Source: an uncultured delta proteobacterium
GTDB lineage: Bacteria; Desulfobacterota; Desulfobacteria; Desulfobacterales; UBA2156
Assembly (NCBI GenBank): GCA_963736855.1
Contig: CAVTQK010000021.1
Location: 416,001 to 480,000 of the forward strand
Length of the DNA stretch: 64,000 nucleotides
Direction of reading: 5' to 3'
The notes beneath the pieces were generated by a model, which saw nothing but the letters and a program-made list of their open reading frames with translations, made no database searches and had not been told where the DNA came from. Every line of letters begins with the position of its first letter. Position 1 is the stretch's first letter. Positions 1 through 9,852 of the stretch are shown one piece after another. A program made the position numbers and the translations under genes.

Positions 1-120
1 CCATTCCCACGCGCATATGCTCTTCCCAATCCAAACAAGGGTTGTTGAAATTGAAGCTAAATTTATATCAGGATACCAATAGAGACACAAGCGGCGGAGC
101 GATTCAAACCAAACATGGCG

Positions 121-2997
121 TTACGTCGGCTTTTGGTCCAGCACGGAGCGGACGACCGTGGACAATTTCGCGATTTCGATGGGCTTCATGATCATCGCCC
201 GGATTCCCTCTTTCTTTGTCTTTTCCTCGGATATCCGTTCGCTGAAGCCGGTGCAAAGAATAATCGGGATATCCGGACGGATTTCCAGGAGGGTCTGGGC
301 CAGCCGAAGCCCCGTCATTTTGGGCATGGTCATGTCCGTGATGACTAGGTCGAAGGCTTTAGGATCGGATCGAAACCATTCGAGGGCTTCCGCTGAGTCC
401 GGGGTGCTTTTCACCCTGTAGCCGAGCATTTGCAGGATCTGGTTGTTCAAATGTACCACCGACTCCTCATCGTCGACAAAAAGGATCCGCTCCTTCCCTT
501 TGAGGATCGTTTTCTCGGATTCCGGTACGACCTCGGAGCTTTTATCGGTGGCCGGGAACAGAAGCGTGAAGGTTGTCCCCTTCCCTCTCTCGCTGTTGAC
601 AATGGTCATCCCATTGTGGGCCTTAACGATCCCATGGACCACGGCCAGTCCCATTCCGGTCCCCTGCCCCACTTCCTTAGTCGTAAAAAATGGATCAAAG
701 ATCCGATCGATATCTTGGGGATCGATCCCCTTTCCTGTGTCTTTGACCGTAAGCGCAACATATCGACCCGGGTTCAGATTGGGATAAGGAAAATCGACAC
801 CCTCGTTGACCGCCACACTATTCAATCGGATTTCCAGGATTCCTCCCTCTTCCTGCATGGCATCCCTGGCGTTGGTGCACAGGTTGATGAGGACCTGGTG
901 GATTTGTGTAGCATCGCCCAGGATCGATCCCGCATCTTCATCAATGGAGCCACGGATCTCAATAAGGGAGGGAATAGAAGCCCTCAAAAGCCGCAGGGAT
1001 TCTTTTACCAGGGACGCCATTTGTACAGTTCCTTTCTTGACTTCCGACTTCCGACTGAAGGATAAAAGTTGACGAACGACATCCCTTGCCCGCACACAGG
1101 CCAAGCGCGACTCCTTCAAATTATGCCGTGCCGGGTTCCATTCCGGAACGTTCTCAAGGGCTAACTCTGTGTTTCCTAGAATGATGGCAAGGATGTTGTT
1201 GAATTCATGGGCGATTCCACCGGACAGAGTCCCGATGGCTTCCATCTTCATCGCTTGCTGAAGCTGAGCCTTGACCTTTTTTTCCTCTGTGATGTCCCTG
1301 ATGGCGATGATGCTGTTGAGTATCTTGTTATCTTTGTCTCTTGTAAAAGCGCCGCTGATAGCGACAGGGATCTTTTTTCCGTCTTTGGTCAGCCGCAGCG
1401 TTTCCACACTCAAGAAACGTTCCCCGGAAAGCACTTTTTGTATCATGGCCCGTGTTTCCGGCCAGGCTTCTTCCGGAACGAAATCATCCAGTTTTTCCCC
1501 GGCTCTTTCTTTCAAGGACCATCCGAAGACTTCCGTAAAAGCATGGTTAAAATAGACGACCCGGCCTTCCATGTCGTAAACGACCATCGGGTCCGGGCCA
1601 GCTTCCAGCACCGAACGGTACTTTTCCTCGCCGGTCCTCAGCGCCTCCTCCATCTGCTTCCGTTCGGTGATGTCAGAGGCCACCTGCAGCCGAACCATGC
1701 GGCCGTCGATCCAACGGATGGCGCGGTCATAGTTGATGTACCATCTATGGGTGATGGGATTCTGTCCTTCCCATACCTGAACACCCGAGGCATCTCCTTC
1801 GGCGTCCAGGAGCCGCTCATTGTTGCAACAGGAACAGGGTGATGACTCTCCTCGGAACACCTGGAAGCACTTTTTACCCACGGCGTCTTCTCCGAAAAGG
1901 GTTTTCATGTGCCGGTTCAAGAAGAGGATCTCATGGGTCTTCAGGTCAGCGACACATATGGTGGCGTCGATGCTGTCGAGGATGGAAAGCAATTGCGCCC
2001 GTTCGAACATCAAATGCTTTTCAGCTTCTTTCCGTTTCTGGTCCTCTTTGACGATTTCCCATGCCCTCATGACGAGATAGACAAAAAGAATCCCTCCTAA
2101 AAATAAAAGCCCGACAACCAGAATCAGTCGTAGCCTCAGGCTCTCCAGGACTAAAAGCGCCTCTTTTTCGCTGAATGTTACCGCCAGAGACCAGAAGGTA
2201 TCGGAAAAATGGATCGGCAAATAGGCCGCATGCATGGGTTGCCTTTCATTGCTTTTTTCCGATAAAGACTCGGCGAGATAAATTTCCAAACCTTCTTTTC
2301 GTTGAAGCATTTGTCGGAGCACGGACATGAAGCCTGATGAATTCGGCACAGTTTCAAAAACTGATTTCCCCTCATGACCCCGCAGGGAAGAGTAGATCTC
2401 AATTCCTTGGGCCGTGACCAGGTGTACCGTTCCGTTTGTTCCGATGCGGATACCGTCGAGAACCCCCCGGCCTATCTCGCGAAAATCCAACAAAACGGCT
2501 AAAGTTCCTCGGAATTCCGGGCCGCTGAAAACCGGCACATGCACGGCAATGGCCGGATACCCCTGCACCGCTTTAAAAACATCGCTGATCACGGGTGTTC
2601 GGGTCGTTAAAATTTTCCGGACATGCTCCTGTGAAGTTATATCAAGACCGATGACTTTCGGGTCCTCGGGTAAGGTATAGAAGATTTTCCCATGTTCGTT
2701 TACGCGGGTCACGGCCCGGATATGGCCGCCGAAAGCGCCAAGGATAAATGCGATCCGATCCTTTCCTGCGCCGTCCAGATCAACGATGTGCCGGCTTTTC
2801 GCCGCCTCATTAAGGATATCAATCCATCGAGTGATGGATTCCTTGATCCCTTTTACAGCCTGTTGGGCGGACATCGTCTGTATGGCGTTCAGATCTTTCA
2901 GTGTCCTCTTTCTGGCATCGCCATAGATCCGGTAAAGGAGAAAAAGGCTCAAAGCGATCCATGCCAAAAAGAGAGCCCATCGAACTGAATATTTCAT
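121..2997 (-). CDS. Hybrid sensor histidine kinase (TM-Cache-TM-PAS-PAS-HisKA-HATPase-REC)
   Basis: H-box GGIAHEFNN, N-box QVLINLCTNA, G-boxes DTGKG/GTGMGL, C-terminal REC (FVDDE...ITDMTMP...MKP). GGAG RBS before ATG at 2997; the ORF is open to 3021. Confidence 0.92.
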   Translation of the reverse strand: MKYSVRWALFLAWIALSLFLLYRIYGDARKRTLKDLNAIQTMSAQQAVKGIKESITRWIDILNEAAKSRHIVDLDGAGKDRIAFILGAFGGHIRAVTRVNEHGKIFYTLPEDPKVIGLDITSQEHVRKILTTRTPVISDVFKAVQGYPAIAVHVPVFSGPEFRGTLAVLLDFREIGRGVLDGIRIGTNGTVHLVTAQGIEIYSSLRGHEGKSVFETVPNSSGFMSVLRQMLQRKEGLEIYLAESLSEKSNERQPMHAAYLPIHFSDTFWSLAVTFSEKEALLVLESLRLRLILVVGLLFLGGILFVYLVMRAWEIVKEDQKRKEAEKHLMFERAQLLSILDSIDATICVADLKTHEILFLNRHMKTLFGEDAVGKKCFQVFRGESSPCSCCNNERLLDAEGDASGVQVWEGQNPITHRWYINYDRAIRWIDGRMVRLQVASDITERKQMEEALRTGEEKYRSVLEAGPDPMVVYDMEGRVVYFNHAFTEVFGWSLKERAGEKLDDFVPEEAWPETRAMIQKVLSGERFLSVETLRLTKDGKKIPVAISGAFTRDKDNKILNSIIAIRDITEEKKVKAQLQQAMKMEAIGTLSGGIAHEFNNILAIILGNTELALENVPEWNPARHNLKESRLACVRARDVVRQLLSFSRKSEVKKGTVQMASLVKESLRLLRASIPSLIEIRGSIDEDAGSILGDATQIHQVLINLCTNARDAMQEEGGILEIRLNSVAVNEGVDFPYPNLNPGRYVALTVKDTGKGIDPQDIDRIFDPFFTTKEVGQGTGMGLAVVHGIVKAHNGMTIVNSERGKGTTFTLLFPATDKSSEVVPESEKTILKGKERILFVDDEESVVHLNNQILQMLGYRVKSTPDSAEALEWFRSDPKAFDLVITDMTMPKMTGLRLAQTLLEIRPDIPIILCTGFSERISEEKTKKEGIRAMIMKPIEIAKLSTVVRSVLDQKPT

Positions 2998-3030
2998 GGG
3001 AGTCTCCAATAGTCGAACCATCGACCCGGA

Positions 3031-3867
3031 TCAATCTTTATAAACCCGGTCCGACATTTCCTGACGAAATCCGTGTCGGAGGGCAAGCTTTTTGAACATT
3101 CTGGCCAATCCGACGCAAAGGGTGAATAAAGATCCGATATCTAAATTTTTTCCGGCGGTTCCATCGAGATAGAGGTTGAGGCTGGACTCAAAGTTTTCTT
3201 CAGGGATCCAATAACAGATCATCAGTGGAATTTTCGGCAGCGGATATAATACCACGGAGATATCGGATTGAAACTGAGGCGCCACGGCCTTTCCATCGAA
3301 AATGTGGACCAAATCGTCGAAAAGGCCGGTGAAGGTGTCGGCGACCCGTTTCATGGCCCTTTCACACCGCTTCTGAAAGAGCGCATAACGTTCCCGTCCC
3401 CCTTCGAGTTCCCGAAAAGAGACCCAATTGCCGGAAACCGGGAGCCCTGCTCCGTAAAGCACATAATTGAGAAAAGGGACAGCAATCCAGGGATTGACAT
3501 GGATGTCTCCATGGAAATTCCCGTTTCCATCGATGCTGAAAGGCTTTCCCATGACCTTGAGGGTCAACCGGCCGTTCGAAAAGCGGCCCCCGCTCCGCTG
3601 CGCGGCCTCTGAAAGATCCAAGTTTACCACGGCCCCTTGCAAGCGCAATAAATATTCTTCACCTTCAGGTTTCGGAACATCCTGGATTTTGCCGCCCGGA
3701 TCGAGGCGTTGGATGGTTTTTTCGTTAAGCTTTGGGCATGCTCGGATCGATTGTCGTCTCAGAAAGACTTCACCGGCAAAGGCCAGACAGGTCTTTTCTC
3801 CACACCGCCGACAGTTGGACTTGTCGAGATGTTTAAAAATGTCCATGACCGTTTTTGGGCCTTCCAT
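3031..3867 (-). CDS. Fe-S cluster domain plus DUF3786-like protein
   Basis: N-terminal NCRRCGEKTCLAFA...ACP motif of the small 4Fe-4S domain, followed by a DUF3786-like region (W.SFREL.GG, LP.IP....W). Start uncertain (3867, or TTG at 3909). Confidence 0.75.
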   Translation of the reverse strand: MEGPKTVMDIFKHLDKSNCRRCGEKTCLAFAGEVFLRRQSIRACPKLNEKTIQRLDPGGKIQDVPKPEGEEYLLRLQGAVVNLDLSEAAQRSGGRFSNGRLTLKVMGKPFSIDGNGNFHGDIHVNPWIAVPFLNYVLYGAGLPVSGNWVSFRELEGGRERYALFQKRCERAMKRVADTFTGLFDDLVHIFDGKAVAPQFQSDISVVLYPLPKIPLMICYWIPEENFESSLNLYLDGTAGKNLDIGSLFTLCVGLARMFKKLALRHGFRQEMSDRVYKD

Positions 3868-3989
3868 GTCAATCCCCGCTCTCGGTCCTTCAGGTACACG
3901 ATTTGACAATATAGGATTCTTCTATTAATGGATTAAAATTATCAAATAGTCCAAAATCAACCTTTTCAAAAGAAAAAATCGGGGGAAGA

Positions 3990-4418
3990 ATGGCTGCCAA
4001 GACGACTGTACGGTGGATCGACGGAAAACATTTCGTCGGCATCGACTCGACTCATCATTCGGTGGTCCTGTCGGGACAAAGCGACGGGATCGGGGTCAAA
4101 CCCTCTGAAATGCTCCTCATCGCTCTTTCCGCATGCTCCGCTGTGGACGTGGTTCAGATTTTAGAAAAAAAGCGCATCGCGCTTTCATTCCTGGAGGTGG
4201 TGACCACTGTGGAACAGGATCCCCAGCCGCCTTGGGCTTTTCGGAAATTCCACCTGGTATACCGTCTTTCCGGAAACAATTTGACCCCTAAGGCTGTGGA
4301 GCAGGCGATCACCCTCTCCCAGGATAAATACTGCTCGGTGGGCGCCACGCTCCGGAGTGTCCCGCAAATCACCACCGAGTATGTCATCCAGCCGGAAAAA
4401 AACTCGAGTCCGGGTTAA
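3990..4418 (+). CDS. OsmC family protein (YhfA-like)
   Basis: PSEMLLIALSACS and KYCSV conserved-Cys motifs, 142 aa. Confidence 0.88.
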   Translation: MAAKTTVRWIDGKHFVGIDSTHHSVVLSGQSDGIGVKPSEMLLIALSACSAVDVVQILEKKRIALSFLEVVTTVEQDPQPPWAFRKFHLVYRLSGNNLTPKAVEQAITLSQDKYCSVGATLRSVPQITTEYVIQPEKNSSPG

Positions 4419-6298
4419 GGGACCTCGGATCCCCATAGGGCGTCCTTTAGTCCGGATCGACGCCGGATCTTTCTTGATACCGTGCGGCGTATCACCTCTT
4501 CGCTTCCCCACAAGACCACCCGGTGCCGGGCCCGGGTGATCCCTGTGTACAGGAGCTCCCTCGTAAGAAGGGGAAGGTCGGCATCCGAAAGGATTAATAA
4601 TACCTCATCAAACTCAGAACCCTGGCTTTTATGAACCGTCATGGCGAAAGCGGTTTCATGCTCCGGAAGCCTGGAAATGGGAACGACCCTGAGGTTTCCA
4701 TCGGTTCCTGGAAAAACCGCATAGAGGCCTTTTTCAGGATCGGACCATATCAAACCCGCATCTCCGTTGAAAAGCTCTGTTTCATAATGGTTCCGGGTGA
4801 TGAGAATCGGCATACCGCGGTATCCCAATCCGTACCTTAGCGCGCCGGTGGGGATTAGACCCTGGCCCTGGAAGAGCTTTTCTGCAAAAGCATTGATCGT
4901 CTCCACTCCAAACGGCCCCTTATTGACGGCGCACAGAATCCTGAATCGTTCCATCGCATTTAAGGCTTCTTGCGGGTCTTGGGCTTTCAGACACGGCTTA
5001 AACCCTCTCAGTACCGCTGCAGAAAGGATCTCCTGATATTCATCAGCCCTTATTCCGGGAACCCACTCGATGTCATCAAATTTTTCAGAGCAGAGGACAT
5101 CCAGCACCCCATCCGCATCCCCTTGGATTACCGCTCGGCTCAATCGTCCGATTCCGCTCGTCTCGGAAAACCGATAATTCTTTTCAAGCGAAACGATGCA
5201 ATCCGAAAGTCCTCTCTCTTGGCCCTTCCGGAGGCCAATCGTGCCTTCTGGGAGACCCAACGCGGCCTCCAGTTCCCTGGCCGTCTCTTTGACATAACCG
5301 GATGGACGTGCACCGCCGCAGATATCTTTTAACACATGACCCGCTTCCACGGAGGCCAGCTGGTCGCTGTCTCCCATAAGGACGACCCTGGACGGCTCCG
5401 GCAAGGCCCGGAAGAGTCCGGCCATGAGGGGTAAATCGATCATGGACGCTTCATCAACGATCACCAGGTCGGCCGGGAGCGGGTTTTTTTCATTAAAACG
5501 AAAATCGGTTCTTCCGGGAACGCTTCCCAGCAAGCGGTGAAGGGTAGCGGCTTCTTCCGGTATCATGGCCTTGACCGTGTCGCTGACCGGAAGGAAACCC
5601 TTGGCAAAACGGATGGATTCCTTGAGCCTGGCTGCTGCTTTTCCGGTAGGGGCCGCCAGATGGATCCGCAGTTTTCGTGGCTCTTCGAGTTCGCTGACCA
5701 GTGCGAGGATTTTTGCTGCCGTGAAGGTCTTGCCGGTTCCCGGTCCCCCGGAGATGACGCAGAGACTGCGGGTGGCGGTGATGTAGGCAGCCGCTCCTTG
5801 CCGATAATCCGATGCGGAAGCATTCCAGGGGAAAAGCCGTGCAAGGGCTGCTTTCAGTCGATTCCTGGAAAACTCTGAAACCGGCATCTGAGCCCGGCTG
5901 AGAATCTTTTTTGCAAGGGATGTTTCATCCTGCCAGAAACGATGCAGGTAAAGCCGGGCTTCCGTATCCAAAACCAAAGGGGTGAACGTATCCCCTTTTC
6001 CCACCATGCGGTTTTGTTTCAACCCTTTCAGCCAGGGCTCGGCCGCCGGGCAGACGAGTTCCGGCATTCCGGTTTCCGCTTCCAACAGACACTGACTTCC
6101 GATTTCTTTCAGGTCCATGCATATATGCCCCATGGCTACGGCACGGCTGGTCAAAGCCGCTGCCATGAAAAGATCGAAATCATCGGAACCCGAAAGCCGA
6201 AGGATCAGGAGGCCGAAGCGGACATCCAATGCCGACAGGATCCCTTTTTCAAAAAGTCGGGGTGAAACGGACGCCAAAAGGCTTTGCGTAAGATTCAT
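4415..6298 (-). CDS. recD: Exodeoxyribonuclease V alpha subunit RecD
   Basis: SGGPGTGKT Walker A, APTGKAA, DEASM, GDSDQL and TVHKSQGSEF motifs; third gene of recCBD. Confidence 0.96.
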   Translation of the reverse strand: MNLTQSLLASVSPRLFEKGILSALDVRFGLLILRLSGSDDFDLFMAAALTSRAVAMGHICMDLKEIGSQCLLEAETGMPELVCPAAEPWLKGLKQNRMVGKGDTFTPLVLDTEARLYLHRFWQDETSLAKKILSRAQMPVSEFSRNRLKAALARLFPWNASASDYRQGAAAYITATRSLCVISGGPGTGKTFTAAKILALVSELEEPRKLRIHLAAPTGKAAARLKESIRFAKGFLPVSDTVKAMIPEEAATLHRLLGSVPGRTDFRFNEKNPLPADLVIVDEASMIDLPLMAGLFRALPEPSRVVLMGDSDQLASVEAGHVLKDICGGARPSGYVKETARELEAALGLPEGTIGLRKGQERGLSDCIVSLEKNYRFSETSGIGRLSRAVIQGDADGVLDVLCSEKFDDIEWVPGIRADEYQEILSAAVLRGFKPCLKAQDPQEALNAMERFRILCAVNKGPFGVETINAFAEKLFQGQGLIPTGALRYGLGYRGMPILITRNHYETELFNGDAGLIWSDPEKGLYAVFPGTDGNLRVVPISRLPEHETAFAMTVHKSQGSEFDEVLLILSDADLPLLTRELLYTGITRARHRVVLWGSEEVIRRTVSRKIRRRSGLKDALWGSEVP

Positions 6299-9200
6299 AT
6301 ACTTTCCTGAGGTATCAAAGTCTTTTCCAGCGCCATGATTTTATTTATATCCGGTAGATCGTAGTAGACCCCTGTTCCGGAAACCCCGGTCTCCGGGTCC
6401 GGAGATATGCCCCGGATGAAGAGATAAAATACACCGCCGAAATCCCTCTCGTAGGAAAACCCCGGTTTTTTCAGTTTCAGAAACCGATACAGGGCGAGAA
6501 CATAAAGATGATATTGGAGGAAGTAATAGTCTTCTTCAACGGCCCGGATCAAATGGGAGTCGGTGTAGGCATCCCAATCGTTTCCTAAAAGATTCGATTT
6601 CCAGTCGATGAGATAGTATCGTCCCCCCTGTAAGGCCACCAGGTCCATAAAACCCCGCATGAAGCCTTCCCAGGGAGAGAAAAAAAGCTTCCCCATACGC
6701 CCTGAACAATCAGCCGCCCTCCCCTTTTTCCCCTCTCCGCCAAAGGCCGCCGCCAGGTCTTCGGGGGATACCCATTTTATCGGAAAGTGAAATTCCATTT
6801 CGTGAATCCGGTCTGTCAGTGAAAGGGCTGAAAGGATCAGGTCGCCTCCGGCGGCCTGCAGGCGGGTGGAAAGGACCCGGCTTGCCGCAACACAGACGGC
6901 TTCTTTCCAACCCGTATCGAACCCGAAAGCGGAAAGAGCCGTAGCCGCAAGATCCGTCTGTTGCATGGGAGATCTGGAAAAATCAAGGTCTTCGAAAAAG
7001 GCATGAAAGAAGCGCCCGGCATGGGGACCGGCAGGAAAGGTAAAAAGGTTTGCGGGTTCCAATGTCACTGGTTCTTTTATCGTTTTTGTCATGTCATCGT
7101 CCATCCATCGGGCGCGTTCCGGAGCACCGGCGATGAGAGACGAGTAGCTCGAAACCTTCCATCCGGCCGGGATATTCCCCGTAAATTGCCGGCAGGAAAG
7201 CATCAGGGATGTTTTCTTTTCGGGACGCTGTTTTTTTATTCTCTCCTCCGGAAGACGGGAAACAGCGATGCATCCGCCAGACCTGGCTTCCATGGCCCGA
7301 AGGTCTGCCAACAATTCAGCGTCATCTTTTTTAGAAAATGAATCCTCCAAAATTTGTGACGGAAGTCGGGCCGGATCGCTAAAATCGGCACCCGTGAGAT
7401 GATGGAAAAGGTAAACCATGGCGGACGACTCTGCCGTGCGGATTCTTCCCCAAACCAGGTAGCATCGTTTCTTTGCGCGGGTAACCGCCACATAAAGGAG
7501 CCGGATGTTTTCCGCCAGGCGTTCCTTCTGGGCAAGGAAAATACCTTTCGGATTGGTCTTTGGGTCCAGATCCACCACCAGCCCAAGGTCCGAATCCGGA
7601 TCATGGAAAGACAATGCCTCTTCCTTTGCCTCGGCGCTTTCCCATGCGAAGGGACAGAAGACGACAGGGTACTCGAGTCCCTTGCTTCGATGCATGGTAA
7701 CGATGGTCACCGCGTTTTCATCGCTTTCGAGCCTCAGTTGATGCGCATCCGGACGGGGAGAAGCGGGATCCCGCCGCTCGGATATCCATTTCATGAGTCC
7801 TTCCATGGTGAATGGATGCGACGCCGAAGCTTCCTGGATGAGTTCCGTCAGGTGTGCCAGGTTAGTCAATCGCCTTTCGCCGTCCGGGTGCCGGACCAGA
7901 CGGGCCTTCACCCCTTCGCGCTTCATAAGCCTTGCAAACATGGGGATAAATCCCCGGCTGTGCCACAGATCATGATACTCCCGAAATCGGATAAGCGTCG
8001 CTTCAAGGACTCGATTTTCCGACTTCTCCGAATCCAAGCCGGCCGCTGTAAGCCCCATTATGTCCGTTGCCAGAGCAGCACTGACTCGAAAAGGATTCAG
8101 GGGATCCTGAATCCCCAAAAGGAGGCGTTCCAGTTCGACGGCTTCGTGGGAATCGAAAACATTTTCGTCGCTGAAAAGAACCGCCGGGACCCCCTGGTGT
8201 GCCAGGGTCTCCTTGACGATCCGCGCCTGTCGATGGGTGCGTACCAGGACGGCGATCTCATTTTCCTGAAAAGCCCGGGAGTCGACGAGCGAAACAATCT
8301 CCGCACTTACGGCTTCGGAAACAGCGGCTACCGCTTCTGTCTTTCCGATGGACTTCCCGTTTTTTCCCGATAAAAACCAGATCCTCAGGGCAGCCCGATC
8401 CAAGGTTTGCTCGGTTTCGGTTTTCAGGGCAACACTACCAGTGTGAAAGGGTATCCCATCGAATAGAAACGGATGGGAAACATTGGAAAAAAGCGTGTTG
8501 ACCGACTGAACCAGCCCTGGAGTCGATCGAAAATTCCGGGTGAGGGTGTGGCGTTTTTGGGCGTATTTCGCAGCTTTCATATAAGAAAAGACATCTGCGC
8601 CCCTGAATCCGTATATGGCTTGCTTGGGGTCTCCTATCATGAAAAAGGCCTGCCCCGGTTTTGAAAAAAGCCGGGAAAAGATTTCGTATTGGACCGGATC
8701 GGTATCCTGAAATTCATCCACCAGTGCTGCCTGGTATCTCCCGGACACTGAACGGATCAATCGGGCTCCTGCGACATCGCGCAGGGCGTTTCGGACCGTC
8801 AGTAGTAGATCCTCAAAAAATTGGATCCGGAGACGGTACTTTCGCTGGGTCATCTCGTCTTCAGCATACCGGAAAAACTCTGTCTTTAAAGCCATCAGAT
8901 GATCGTGCATCTGGGTTTTCAGGACATCGGCAGCTTCCTGAAACGCCCCGCACAGATCGAAAAACGACGTGGGCCGGGGTTTTACATTTCTTTTTCGTAT
9001 TTTCTTTTAATTTCTTTGGAGTGAATCGCTCGAATCCTTCCACCAATGGGAATCCCGGTGCGTCGGATTCGGATAAGCAATCCATGCACTCCGCCAACTC
9101 CATGATGCCCTTTTCGGTGTAGATGTGCCGATTCAGTGCGGGGTCTTTCAGGCACATAAGAACGGAGTCCTTGGATTTCTGCCACGATTTTTTAATATGG

Positions 9201-9850
9201 CAAAGGAGCCTGCGAAACGTGTCCAGTCCGGAAAGCGGAGACTTTTGGATGTTGGGAAGGAGTGTGATTTCCGAATGGCGGATTTTCCTCAGCATTGAAC
9301 AAAGCGCCTTTGGATCATTCCATGAGTCTTTGCAATAATTGATGAACTCTGGCGGCGCAGGATGGAAATGAATCCGCCAAAAATCGTCACTTACTTCCTG
9401 CATGACGGATAGTGGGTCGGCGACAAGGTCCATATCAAAATAAGAACCGGTCTCAAAAGCCCATTCCTGCAATAGACGATTGCAAAACCCATGGATGGTA
9501 AATATGGAAGCCCGATCGAATTCCCGGAGTGCGTCGGTGAGGATTTGAAGTGCGTGTCGGTCCTGGCGAAACCTGAAGACGATGTGTCGCATCACCGCAT
9601 CCTCACCCTGGATCACGCCACAGGCTATAGCCTTTCGGGCCTCGCGGAGCCTTTTTCGGACCCGCATCCGCAGTTCTTCGGTAGCAGCATTGGTGAAGGT
9701 CACCACCAGGATCTGTTCCACCCTCAACCTTTTTTCAAGAAGCAGCCTTAAAAAAATCCCCGTGATGGACCAGGTCTTCCCGGTTCCGGCGCTGGCTTCG
9801 ATCAGTGTGGTCCCTTCCAGGGGGACGGAGCAGATATCCAGCTCCTTCAT
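6295..9850 (-). CDS. recB: Exodeoxyribonuclease V beta subunit RecB, split by an apparent +1 frameshift near 8960-8970
   Basis: N-terminal part (8861-9850) has EASAGTGKT and TFTNAAT. C-terminal part (6295-8910) has DEFQDTD, GDPKQAIY, HRSKGLEY, YVAVTRA and nuclease D.KSN/YxLQ. An A5 run at 8960-8964 lies at the frame switch. Confidence 0.93.
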
Positions 9851-9852
9851 GC

